A stretch of DNA of 64,000 nt from Minisyncoccota bacterium (GTDB lineage Bacteria > Patescibacteriota > Minisyncoccia > Phycocordibacterales > UBA9973): the NCBI GenBank assembly GCA_041650615.1, contig JBAZKU010000001.1, positions 524,854-588,853 of the forward strand, read 5' to 3'. Each line of letters starts with the position of its first letter. Position 1 is the stretch's first letter. A model generated the notes under the pieces. The model ran no database searches. It was given only the letters and a program-made list of their open reading frames with translations, and was not told the origin of the DNA. Shown in pieces: positions 19,262-28,176 of this stretch. Position numbers and translations under genes: made by a program.

Positions 19262-20449
19262 ATGAAAGACAAACAAATAGAAAAGTTAATAAAAGCCGAA
19301 GAAAAAAGGCAAAAAAATATTATCAATTTAATTCCTTCAGAAAATTATGTTTCTAAAGACGTTTTGACAGCTCTTGGTTCTATCTTTGACAATAAATATG
19401 CCGAAGGATATCCACATGCAAGATATTATGGAGGTCAAGTGAATACGGATAAATTAGAAATTCTCTGTCAAGAACGCGCCTTAAAACTTTTTAAATTAAA
19501 ACCTGATGAATGGCATGTAAATGTTCAGCCTCTGTCCGGCTCGCCTGCAAATTTGGCCGTATATCTGGCACTTGCCCCCAAGGGAAGTAAAATTATGGGG
19601 CTGCCTCTTTCTTCAGGGGGACACCTTACTCATGGTCAGAAAGTTTCCATTACAGGCAAAGTTTGGGAACAATTACCTATTGCCATAGATTTTAAAACCG
19701 AACTAATTGATTATGTAAAGATGAAAGAAGATGCTATGCGAGAAAAACCCACAGTCATTATTGTTGGTTTTACCGCTTATCCTCGTTTTGTTAATTTCAA
19801 AAAATGTCGTGAAATTGCGGGTAGCTGTGGAGCTTTTTTGATGGTAGACATGTCGCACTTCGCAGGACTGGTGGCCGGAGGAGTTTATCCTTCGCCGTTT
19901 GAATATGCCGATGTGGTTACCACCACTACTCATAAAACTTTAAGAGGAGCTCGCAGCGCTATGATTTTTGTGAGAAAAGATAAAAAAATAGCCGATAAAA
20001 ATATTTCAAGCTTGATTGATAAAGCAATTTTCCCTGGGTTACAAGGAGGTCCGCATATGGGTCAAATTGCCGCTATGGCAATTATGCTTAAAGAAGATAA
20101 TACTCCGGCATTTAAAAAATATGCCAAACAAATTGTGAAAAATGCAAAAGTTTTTGCCGATGAATTGAAAAAACTTGGTTGGAGAATTATTTCCGGCGGT
20201 ACCGATTCTCACCTTATTTTAATGGATACTTGGATGAACGGAAAAGGAATTCCTGGCAAAGAAGCAGAAGCCAAACTTGAAAAAGCAGGCATTATTTGTA
20301 ATAAGAATACTATTCCAGGAGAAACTCGTTCTCCTTTTGACCCTAGTGGGATACGCATGGGTACTCCTGCGGAAACTACCCGGGGCGGGAAAGAAAAAGA
20401 TTTTATACAGATTGCAAGAAAGATAGATAAAGTTTTGAGGGGGAAATAA
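19262..20449 (+). CDS. glyA: Serine hydroxymethyltransferase
   Basis: LIPSENY, NKYAEGYP..RYYGG, VTTTTHKTLRG, FPGLQGGP. Confidence 0.97.
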   Translation: MKDKQIEKLIKAEEKRQKNIINLIPSENYVSKDVLTALGSIFDNKYAEGYPHARYYGGQVNTDKLEILCQERALKLFKLKPDEWHVNVQPLSGSPANLAVYLALAPKGSKIMGLPLSSGGHLTHGQKVSITGKVWEQLPIAIDFKTELIDYVKMKEDAMREKPTVIIVGFTAYPRFVNFKKCREIAGSCGAFLMVDMSHFAGLVAGGVYPSPFEYADVVTTTTHKTLRGARSAMIFVRKDKKIADKNISSLIDKAIFPGLQGGPHMGQIAAMAIMLKEDNTPAFKKYAKQIVKNAKVFADELKKLGWRIISGGTDSHLILMDTWMNGKGIPGKEAEAKLEKAGIICNKNTIPGETRSPFDPSGIRMGTPAETTRGGKEKDFIQIARKIDKVLRGK

Positions 20450-20493
20450 TGTATTAGTTTTCAATTTAAGCTTTTTTCTGCTATATTTTCTAT

Positions 20494-21186
20494 ATGGCAA
20501 GAAAGGGAAAAATAATAGTCATAGATGGAACAGATGGAAGCGGGAAGACTACCCAGACAAATTTGCTTATAAAACACTTTCGTAAAGACGGATACAAAGT
20601 AAAGTTCATCCATTTTCCGCGCTACGAAGACAATTTTTTTGGAAAATTCATAGCGCATTGCCTTTCGGAACAATATTATAATTGGGTGAATATTCATCCG
20701 AAAATCGCTTCCGTTGTTTATGCGGCGGACAGATGGGAATCTAAAGAACAAATTCAAAGCTGGATACGAAAAGGATACATTGTGATTATGGATCGCTACA
20801 TTTCCTCAAACCAAATACATCAGGGAGGAAAAATCGCGAATGTAAAAAAACGTAAGGCATTTATCAAATGGCTCGCCGAAATGGAATATAAAGTTTTTAA
20901 AATTCCAGCACCGGATTTGACCATATATTTATCTTTGCCTATTGAAATGGTTTTAAAATTGATAAAAGACCGCAATTATAAAGGCGCCCGCGCGTATTTA
21001 GGCAGTAAAAAAGATGTGCATGAGAAAGACAAAAACTTTTTGAAAAATTCTATAAAAAGCGCTCTTTGGTTAGTTAAAACGCAAAAAAATTGGATAAAAA
21101 TTGAATGTATGGAAAAAGGGAAACTAAAAAGTTTCCCCGCTATCCATGAAGAAATTTATGAAAAAGTTAAAAAGATTATTAGATAA
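20494..21186 (+). CDS. tmk: Thymidylate kinase
   Basis: DGTDGSGKTTQ P-loop, YAADR, MDRYISS, PDLTIYL. Confidence 0.92.
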   Translation: MARKGKIIVIDGTDGSGKTTQTNLLIKHFRKDGYKVKFIHFPRYEDNFFGKFIAHCLSEQYYNWVNIHPKIASVVYAADRWESKEQIQSWIRKGYIVIMDRYISSNQIHQGGKIANVKKRKAFIKWLAEMEYKVFKIPAPDLTIYLSLPIEMVLKLIKDRNYKGARAYLGSKKDVHEKDKNFLKNSIKSALWLVKTQKNWIKIECMEKGKLKSFPAIHEEIYEKVKKIIR

Positions 21187-21200
21187 TTAATTAAAATTAT

Positions 21201-21533
21201 ATGGAACTAAAAGAATATCAAAAGAAAGCATTAACAACAGCTATTCACCCAGAGAAATATAAGGTTATTTATCCTGCTTTAGGGCTTGGAAATGAGTCTG
21301 GAGAAGTAATGGGTAAAATTAAAAAATGGTTACGTGGAGACGACGGTGAAGGCATAATGAGCAAGGAGCGTAAAGAAGCATTAAAAGGAGAACTAGGAGA
21401 TGTTTTGTGGTATTTGGCAGTATTATCTCATGATTTAGATCTTTCTCTTGAGGATATAGCTAAATATAATTTAGATAAATTACAATCGAGAAAAAAAAGA
21501 GGAATATTGAAAGGAGATGGAGATAAAAGATAA
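21201..21533 (+). CDS. MazG-like NTP pyrophosphohydrolase
   Basis: LGLGNESGEV, ELGDVLWY, NLDKL.SR...G..KG.GD.R. Confidence 0.9.
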   Translation: MELKEYQKKALTTAIHPEKYKVIYPALGLGNESGEVMGKIKKWLRGDDGEGIMSKERKEALKGELGDVLWYLAVLSHDLDLSLEDIAKYNLDKLQSRKKRGILKGDGDKR

Positions 21534-21537
21534 TTCA

Positions 21538-23331
21538 ATGAAAGAGAAAATAGAAAATTTAATAAGAGAAACTCTTAAAAATCTCAAAGTAGAGGCTGGA
21601 GATATTATTCTTGAACATCCGGAAGATTTTAAAAATGGGGATTATTCTACGAATGTAGTTTTTGCTATAGTTTCTAATTTTACACCTATTGATGTTGAAA
21701 AAAAGAAAAGATTATTTGATGGAGGTTTAGTTGGTGAAAGAAGTGGAAATCTTAAAGAGCTCGCAGAAAAAATTGTTAAAGAATTAAACAAAAATTTACT
21801 TGAAGAAATTTTAAAAATTGAAGTTGCTGGGGCTGGCTTTGTAAACTTTTATTTAACACAAGAATTTTTTGTCAATTCCGTAAAAGAAATTTTAGAAAAT
21901 AAAAATTTTGGACAAAACAATCTTTTTGTAAATAAAAAAATAATGGTTGAATATACCCAGCCGAACCCATTTAAGCCTTTTCATATCGGGCATTTAATGA
22001 GCAATGCCATAGGCGAATCTATTTCGCGAATCATTGAATTTTCCGGAGCGAAAACAATTCGCGCCAATTATCAGGGCGACGTAGGTCCGCATGTAGCCAA
22101 AGCCATTTATCAAATGCTAAAAAATAAAAATGATACAAGTTCTGCCATGTCAGAAAATATGTCATTGACTGAAAAAGCCAGTTATATAGGACAGTCTTAT
22201 GCGGAAGGCAATGATGTTTATGAAAAAGATGAAAAAATTAAAAAAGAAATTGATGAAATAAACAAAAAAGTTTACGATAGGAGCGATAAAAAAATAAATG
22301 AAATTTATGATTGGGGAAAAAGAATCACCCTTGAAGCTTTTGAAGAAATTTATAAGACACTTGGTACGAATTTTAATTATTATTTTTTTGAAAGTCTGGT
22401 AGCTCCAACAGGCCAAAAAATTGTAGAGGAGAAGTTAGGTAAAGTTTTTGAAAAATCGGACAAGGCTATTGTATTTAAGGCCGAAAAATATGATCCAAAG
22501 CTTCATACTCGGGTTTTTATCACTTCGCAAGGGTTGCCTACTTATGAAACCAAAGAACTCGGACTCACCAAAACAAAATTTGAAAAAGAAAGTTTGGATA
22601 TGTCGGTAGTGGTTACGGCCAATGAACAAGAGGATTATATGAAAGTAGTGAAAAAAGCGCTTGAAATAATGAATCCTGAGATTGCTTCCAAGATGAAACA
22701 TATTGTTCATGGGATGATGCGCCTGGCTTCTGGCAAGATGTCTTCCAGGAAGGGCAATGTGATTACCGGAGAATCTTTGATTTCAGAGGCGTGTGATGAA
22801 ATTCTGGAAAAAATAAAAGACAGGGACTTTACAGAGGAAGAAAAAAGGCAAATTAGTAAAGATGTCGGAGTTTCAGCCTTAAAATATTCCATTCTAAAAC
22901 AAAATATTGGCGGAAATATTATTTATGATTTTGGAAAATCCATTTCTTTTGAAGGGGATTCCGGGCCATATTTGCAATATTCCTATGCTCGTGCCAATTC
23001 TGTTTTGGAAAAGGCAAAAGCAGAAAATATCTTGCCGGGCTTTTTATTGGATGATAAAAAATCCGAGATTCTTCCATTAGGAGACATAGAAAAATTATTA
23101 TACAGATTTCCAGAAGTTGTTTTAAGGTCAGCAGAAGAATTTGAACCGCATCATATTGTAAATTATTTAATAGATATCGCTCGCGCCTTTAACACTTATT
23201 ATGGGAACACAAAAATTATAGACAAAGACGATCCAATGTCGCCTTACAAAATAGCTCTCACCTTGGCTTTCTCTATGGTTATGAAAAATGGACTATATCT
23301 TCTAGGTATAAAAGCCCCAGGAAGGATGTAA
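21538..23331 (+). CDS. argS: Arginine--tRNA ligase
   Basis: GDYSTN, GAGFVNF, PNPFKPFHIGH, KMSSRKG, GDSGPYLQYSYAR; start taken at ATG 21538 to avoid overlap with the MazG-like gene. Confidence 0.96.
   Translation: MKEKIENLIRETLKNLKVEAGDIILEHPEDFKNGDYSTNVVFAIVSNFTPIDVEKKKRLFDGGLVGERSGNLKELAEKIVKELNKNLLEEILKIEVAGAGFVNFYLTQEFFVNSVKEILENKNFGQNNLFVNKKIMVEYTQPNPFKPFHIGHLMSNAIGESISRIIEFSGAKTIRANYQGDVGPHVAKAIYQMLKNKNDTSSAMSENMSLTEKASYIGQSYAEGNDVYEKDEKIKKEIDEINKKVYDRSDKKINEIYDWGKRITLEAFEEIYKTLGTNFNYYFFESLVAPTGQKIVEEKLGKVFEKSDKAIVFKAEKYDPKLHTRVFITSQGLPTYETKELGLTKTKFEKESLDMSVVVTANEQEDYMKVVKKALEIMNPEIASKMKHIVHGMMRLASGKMSSRKGNVITGESLISEACDEILEKIKDRDFTEEEKRQISKDVGVSALKYSILKQNIGGNIIYDFGKSISFEGDSGPYLQYSYARANSVLEKAKAENILPGFLLDDKKSEILPLGDIEKLLYRFPEVVLRSAEEFEPHHIVNYLIDIARAFNTYYGNTKIIDKDDPMSPYKIALTLAFSMVMKNGLYLLGIKAPGRM
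22129..22166. repeat. 38-bp in-frame degenerate palindrome (family A) in argS
   Basis: aatgatacaagttctgccatgtcagaaaatatgtcatt; same length, termini and frame (NDT...SL) as the pgk copy. Confidence 0.6.
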
Positions 23332-23364
23332 AAATCCATATTTTATGCTAAAATCAGCTAATAT

Positions 23365-26300
23365 ATGGCTGAAAATGAATTAAGTAATCCCATGCGAAAC
23401 AACGGTTCACAAAGTGAACCTGTTTCTGACGGGACAGGGAAATCGGAATCCGCGCTTCGAGAAGAAGCCGTTTTAAAATTTTGGAAAGAAAATAATGTAT
23501 TTCAGAAATCTTTAGAAAAAAAATCACCGAGAGGAGAATTTATTTTTTATGAAGGTCCGCCGACGGCTAATGGCAAACCGGGGATTCACCACCTTGAAGC
23601 GCGAGCATTTAAGGATGCTATTCCGAGGTATAAAACAATGCGAGGATTTCATGTGCGTCGCAAGGGCGGGTGGGATACCCATGGTTTGCCCGTTGAACTT
23701 CAAGTGGAGAAAAAATTGAACCTAGATTCAAAAATTGCCATTGAAAAATATGGTATTGCAAAATTTAATCAGCAATGCAAAGAAAGTGTTTGGGAATATG
23801 TTGACCTTTGGGGTAAATTTACCGAACGCATCGGTTATTGGGTAGACCAAGAAAATCCATATGTGACTTATCATAATAATTACATTGAATCTGTTTGGAA
23901 TATTTTAAAAAAAGTTAGTGCTCAAAATTTGCTTTATAAAGATTATAAAGTTGTGCCTTGGTGTCCGCGTTGTGGAACAGTTCTTTCCTCACATGAGCTT
24001 GCACAAGGATATGAAACCATAAAAGACTTGTCAGTGTACGTAAAATTCAAAATAAAAGAACAAGAAAACATTTTTATTCTTGCTTGGACCACTACACCGT
24101 GGACACTACCAGGCAACGTAGCGCTTGCTGTAGGCAAAAATATTGATTATGTAAAAATAAAAAAAGAAAATGAATTTTTGATATTAGCAGAAGAAAGACT
24201 TTCCGTTATAGACGGTGAATATGAAGTTATTGAAGAATTAAAAGGCAAAGATTTAATTGGTTTGGAATACGAACCGCTTTATCCATTTTTACAAAACACT
24301 ATTTCCGGAAAAGAAAAAGATAAAATGAATAAAGCCTATAAAATTTATAGTGCGAATTTTGTGACCACCGAAGATGGCACAGGGATAGTTCACACTGCCG
24401 TGATGTACGGACAGGACGACTTTGTGCTTGGTAATAAAGTAGGTCTGCCGAAACATCATCTCGTTGGCTTGGATGGAAAATTTTTAGCCGGTACAGGATT
24501 TTTGGAAGGCAGATTTGTACGGGATGAAGATGTGGCCGTGGATATTATAAAAGATTTGGCTCAAAAAGGACTTCTACTGAAAAAAGAAAAATATGAACAC
24601 TCCTATCCTCATTGCTGGCGTTGTCATACCGCCCTCATTTACTATGCTCGTGATTCTTGGTATATCAAAATGTCCGACTCGAAAATCAAACAGAAAATGA
24701 TTGAAGAAAATAAAGATATTAATTGGGAACCGGCACATATTCGTGATGGACGCTTCGGCGAGTGGTTGAAAGACATTAAAGATTGGGCAATATCGCGCGA
24801 ACGTTATTGGGGAAGTCCGCTTCCGGTTTGGATTTGTGAAACTTGTAAAAAGATTGAGGTTGTTGGAAGTTCGGAAGAATTGAAAGAAAAAGCAAAAAAA
24901 TCCGGGAATAAGTATTTTATAATGAGACATGGGGAAGCGGAGAATAATCTTGAAAGTGATACTGATTATAAAAATCTTAATCTCAACGCTAAATTAACAG
25001 AAAGAGGAATAGAAGAAATATTAACAAGTTGTAAAAATTTTAAAGAAAAAATTGATATAATTATTTCCTCGCCACTTGAACGAGCAAAAGAAACCACTAA
25101 AATAGTTTGTGGGCAGGTTGGTTTTCCATTTGAAAAAATCATTTACAATCAAAAAATTCAAGAATGGGAAGTTAGCTCCATTTTTAAAGGAAAGGAAAAA
25201 GCTATTTTTAAAAAATATTATGACGAAGATTATCTAGATAAACCAGATGAAGCTTTACCTGATGGAGAGAGTTTTGCGGAGGTAATTAAAAGAGTCGGTC
25301 AATTTATTTATGAGCTGGAAGTACAATATTCTAATAAAAATATTTTGATTGTCGGCCACGAAGGAGTAACTAATGCCTTAACTTTTGTAATAAAAGGATT
25401 GTCGTTAGATAGCTTATCAAAATTAAATAATCCATTTACTCCTATAAAAAATGCTGAAATAAGAGAATTTGATTTTATTCCGCTTCCGCATAATGAAAAC
25501 TATGAATTAGATTTGCACAGGCCTTACATTGATGAAATTCCGCTCGTTTGCGAATGCGGAGGAAAAATGACGCGTACCAAAGAAGTTATGGATGTATGGC
25601 TTGATTCCGGCGCTATGCCTTTTGCGCAGGACCATTACCCCTTTGACTTTGCTCGGGGTAAACCTTTTGAAAATAAAAAATTATCATATCCGGCTGACTT
25701 TATCTGCGAAGCGATAGACCAGACACGCGGGTGGTTTTACACTTTGCATGCGGTGGGAATTTTAATGGGAAAAGGGAAGGCATATAAAAATGTAATTTGT
25801 TTGGGACACTTGCTTGATGCCAAAGGGAAGAAAATGTCCAAATCCCTCGGGAATATTGTAGATCCGTGGGAGATGGTAGAGAAATATGGCGCGGATACAC
25901 TGCGTCTTTGGATGTATTCAATAAACCAGCCTGGGGAATCAAAGAATTTTGATGAAAAAACAGTTTTGGAACTTCATAGGCAGGTTTTTGGCTTGCTTTA
26001 TAATGTTTTGGCTTTTTATGAATTATATAGAAATAAAAATTTAGAAAATAATAATAGACCAAAATCAGATAATATTCTGGATATTTGGATTTTGGCCAAA
26101 TTAGATGAATTGATAGAATTAATAACAAAAAGTCTTGATAAATATAAGCTACTTGAGCCAACAAGAGCTATTCGCGATTTTATCGGCGACCTTTCTACTT
26201 GGTATTTGCGTCGTTCACGAGACAGAATTAAAGAAGGTAATATTGAAGCCAAGCAAACTTTATATTTTGTGTTGAAAAATCTGGCGAAATTAATGGCTCC

Positions 26301-26910
26301 ATTTGCCCCGCTTGCCGCCGAGGATATTTGGTTGAAATTAAAAAATAAAGATGATGCAGAAAGTGTGCATTTAACAAGTTGGCCTGTTAAAAAGTTTAAA
26401 ATTTTCTCTTTCAGTAAAACTAGGGTTTTAGAAAGCATGGAAACAGTCCGAAAAATAGTTACTCTTGGTCTTGAAGCCCGCCAGAAGGCAGGAATTAAAG
26501 TTCGTCAGCCGTTGAACCGATTGGAAATTGTAGCTGGGAGACTATTAAATGATTATCTTGAAATAATAAAAGATGAATTGAATGTTAAAAATGTTGATTA
26601 TTTATTAAAAATAAAAATAGGTTTATATAAAGTAACTCTTGATACGAAAATTACTCCCGAATTAAAACGAGAAGGAAATTATCGCGAACTAGCCAGAGCT
26701 ATTCAAGATATGCGCAAGAAAATGGGGCTTACCCCGAGTGATATTGTTTCTCTGGTTGTTGAAACAGATGAAGAAGGTAAAAAATTAATTCAAAAATTTG
26801 AAGTTGAAATAAAGAAAACTATTCTTGTGTCAAAAATAGAATTTAAACAAAACAATGGCGAGGAAATCAAAATAGATGAGCTAGTTTTTAAAATATTTAT
26901 TCAAAAATGA
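23365..26910 (+). CDS. ileS: Isoleucine--tRNA ligase (IleRS2 type) with an inserted histidine-phosphatase domain
   Basis: EGPPTANG.PGIHH, GWDTHGLPVE, WTTTPWTLP, DWAISRERYWG, DQTRGWF, KMSKS; inserted MRHGEA...SSPLERA...VGH. Confidence 0.96.
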   Translation: MAENELSNPMRNNGSQSEPVSDGTGKSESALREEAVLKFWKENNVFQKSLEKKSPRGEFIFYEGPPTANGKPGIHHLEARAFKDAIPRYKTMRGFHVRRKGGWDTHGLPVELQVEKKLNLDSKIAIEKYGIAKFNQQCKESVWEYVDLWGKFTERIGYWVDQENPYVTYHNNYIESVWNILKKVSAQNLLYKDYKVVPWCPRCGTVLSSHELAQGYETIKDLSVYVKFKIKEQENIFILAWTTTPWTLPGNVALAVGKNIDYVKIKKENEFLILAEERLSVIDGEYEVIEELKGKDLIGLEYEPLYPFLQNTISGKEKDKMNKAYKIYSANFVTTEDGTGIVHTAVMYGQDDFVLGNKVGLPKHHLVGLDGKFLAGTGFLEGRFVRDEDVAVDIIKDLAQKGLLLKKEKYEHSYPHCWRCHTALIYYARDSWYIKMSDSKIKQKMIEENKDINWEPAHIRDGRFGEWLKDIKDWAISRERYWGSPLPVWICETCKKIEVVGSSEELKEKAKKSGNKYFIMRHGEAENNLESDTDYKNLNLNAKLTERGIEEILTSCKNFKEKIDIIISSPLERAKETTKIVCGQVGFPFEKIIYNQKIQEWEVSSIFKGKEKAIFKKYYDEDYLDKPDEALPDGESFAEVIKRVGQFIYELEVQYSNKNILIVGHEGVTNALTFVIKGLSLDSLSKLNNPFTPIKNAEIREFDFIPLPHNENYELDLHRPYIDEIPLVCECGGKMTRTKEVMDVWLDSGAMPFAQDHYPFDFARGKPFENKKLSYPADFICEAIDQTRGWFYTLHAVGILMGKGKAYKNVICLGHLLDAKGKKMSKSLGNIVDPWEMVEKYGADTLRLWMYSINQPGESKNFDEKTVLELHRQVFGLLYNVLAFYELYRNKNLENNNRPKSDNILDIWILAKLDELIELITKSLDKYKLLEPTRAIRDFIGDLSTWYLRRSRDRIKEGNIEAKQTLYFVLKNLAKLMAPFAPLAAEDIWLKLKNKDDAESVHLTSWPVKKFKIFSFSKTRVLESMETVRKIVTLGLEARQKAGIKVRQPLNRLEIVAGRLLNDYLEIIKDELNVKNVDYLLKIKIGLYKVTLDTKITPELKREGNYRELARAIQDMRKKMGLTPSDIVSLVVETDEEGKKLIQKFEVEIKKTILVSKIEFKQNNGEEIKIDELVFKIFIQK
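23386..23438. repeat. In-frame hairpin insert (family B) in the ileS N-terminus
   Basis: aatccc...gaaac..ggttcac-aaa-gtgaacc.gtttc...acgggacagg; encodes NPMRNNGSQSEPVSDGTG. Confidence 0.65.
25639..25662 (+). repeat. 24-bp in-frame insert (PFDFARGK) in ileS
   Basis: The conserved HYPFEN motif reads HY-PFDFARGK-PFEN; short tacccc...ggggta stem. Confidence 0.7.
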
Positions 26911-27587
26911 ACGTAGAAAATAAAAAATTGGTAATCTTTGACTTTGACGGAGTGTTGGCCAATACCTTGGAATTTTCTTTTAAAATTCATAAAGACATAA
27001 ACGGAAATTTAACTTGGGAAAAGTTTCAAAAATTTGCTATGGGAGATTTCCATGAAGAAATGAGAAGATCCGTTGAAAAAGAATCTCATATTATTCCTAA
27101 AAATTTCTATGAACTTTATGAGAAAAACCTTAATGAGATAGGGATTAATGAGGTCCTGCGAGCCACTGTTTCCGAACTCAGGAACAATCATAAGCTTGCT
27201 ATTGTTTCTTCTACCAGTAGTTCTTACATTTCTAATTTTTTAGAAAAAGAAAAAATACTTAGTTATTTTAATGACATTCTTGGGCAGGATGTGCATACCA
27301 GTAAAATAGTAAAAATAAATACTTTACTTGAGAGATACAAAATAATACCGAATTATGCTGTTTTTATTACTGATTCCCTAGGAGATATTCTTGAAGGAAA
27401 TGAATGCAAAATCAAATCCATAGGTGTTACCTGGGGAATCCACGGAAAAGAAACGCTTAAAAAAGGCAACCCATCGGCAATCATCGATGACCCAAGAGAT
27501 TTATTAGAAACAATTCAGAATGTGTTAAAATTAGATTCTAATGCATCACATTTATCACACGGAAGGAATAATATTGGGGAGCAATAA
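26907..27587 (+). CDS. HAD-family hydrolase (phosphoglycolate phosphatase-like)
   Basis: IFDFDGVL, IVSS, TDSLGD, GVTWG. Confidence 0.9.
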   Translation: MNVENKKLVIFDFDGVLANTLEFSFKIHKDINGNLTWEKFQKFAMGDFHEEMRRSVEKESHIIPKNFYELYEKNLNEIGINEVLRATVSELRNNHKLAIVSSTSSSYISNFLEKEKILSYFNDILGQDVHTSKIVKINTLLERYKIIPNYAVFITDSLGDILEGNECKIKSIGVTWGIHGKETLKKGNPSAIIDDPRDLLETIQNVLKLDSNASHLSHGRNNIGEQ

Positions 27588-28119
27588 TTTCGGGGAAACC
27601 GGAAAATATTATGCCATTTTTACTCGCGATTTGGGGATGATTTATGCTTCTGCACAAGGGGTGCGCAAAATGTCTTCAAAACTACGTTTTGTTTTGCAGG
27701 ATTTTGCCTACCTCAAAATTGACCTGGTAAAAGGAAAAGATTTTTGGCGAGTAACAAATGCATCAAAAACAAATAAACTTGAAAATTTATCCAAATTGGA
27801 AATTTTTGAAGTTTTTATAAATATTTCAAAATTATTAAAACGCTTGCTGGCCGGAGAAGACCCAAATAAAGATTTATTTGTTGATTTGATAAATGGATTA
27901 TCGGTTTTAGAGAAATCCAAAACAAAAGATGAATTACGCAATATTGAAGCTGTTATTGTTTTACGTACTCTTAATAATTTGGGATATATAGGAGGCAATG
28001 AAGTGTTGCAAGACTTCATCAAGTCGCCATTTGAGGAAGATATAATCTTTAAAGTTTCGGAGAGCAGGGTAAAAATATTGCATCAAATAAACAAAGCCCT
28101 CAAAGAGACACATTTGTAA
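27541..28119 (+). CDS. recO: DNA repair protein RecO (short form)
   Basis: TEGIIL...FGE, IFTRDLG.I.A.AQGVRK..SKL OB-fold N-terminus. Confidence 0.8.
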   Translation: MHHIYHTEGIILGSNNFGETGKYYAIFTRDLGMIYASAQGVRKMSSKLRFVLQDFAYLKIDLVKGKDFWRVTNASKTNKLENLSKLEIFEVFINISKLLKRLLAGEDPNKDLFVDLINGLSVLEKSKTKDELRNIEAVIVLRTLNNLGYIGGNEVLQDFIKSPFEEDIIFKVSESRVKILHQINKALKETHL

Positions 28120-28127
28120 AATAGCTT

Positions 28128-28162
28128 ATCCTGTAAGAGATTTTTAAAATCTCGTTCGGGAT
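28128..28162. repeat. Intergenic palindrome with ATCC(C/T)G...CGGGAT termini (family B-related) overlapping a -10 element
   Basis: atcctgtaagagatttttaaaatctcgttcgggat, followed by TGGTATAAT 6 nt before ATG 28177. Confidence 0.5.
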
Positions 28163-28176
28163 GGTATAATAATTTA

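Noticed and set aside
21665-21750. Extra segment in the ArgRS N-domain as another palindromic element
   Set aside because: It looks like an insertion at the protein level, but the DNA symmetry is too weak to support.
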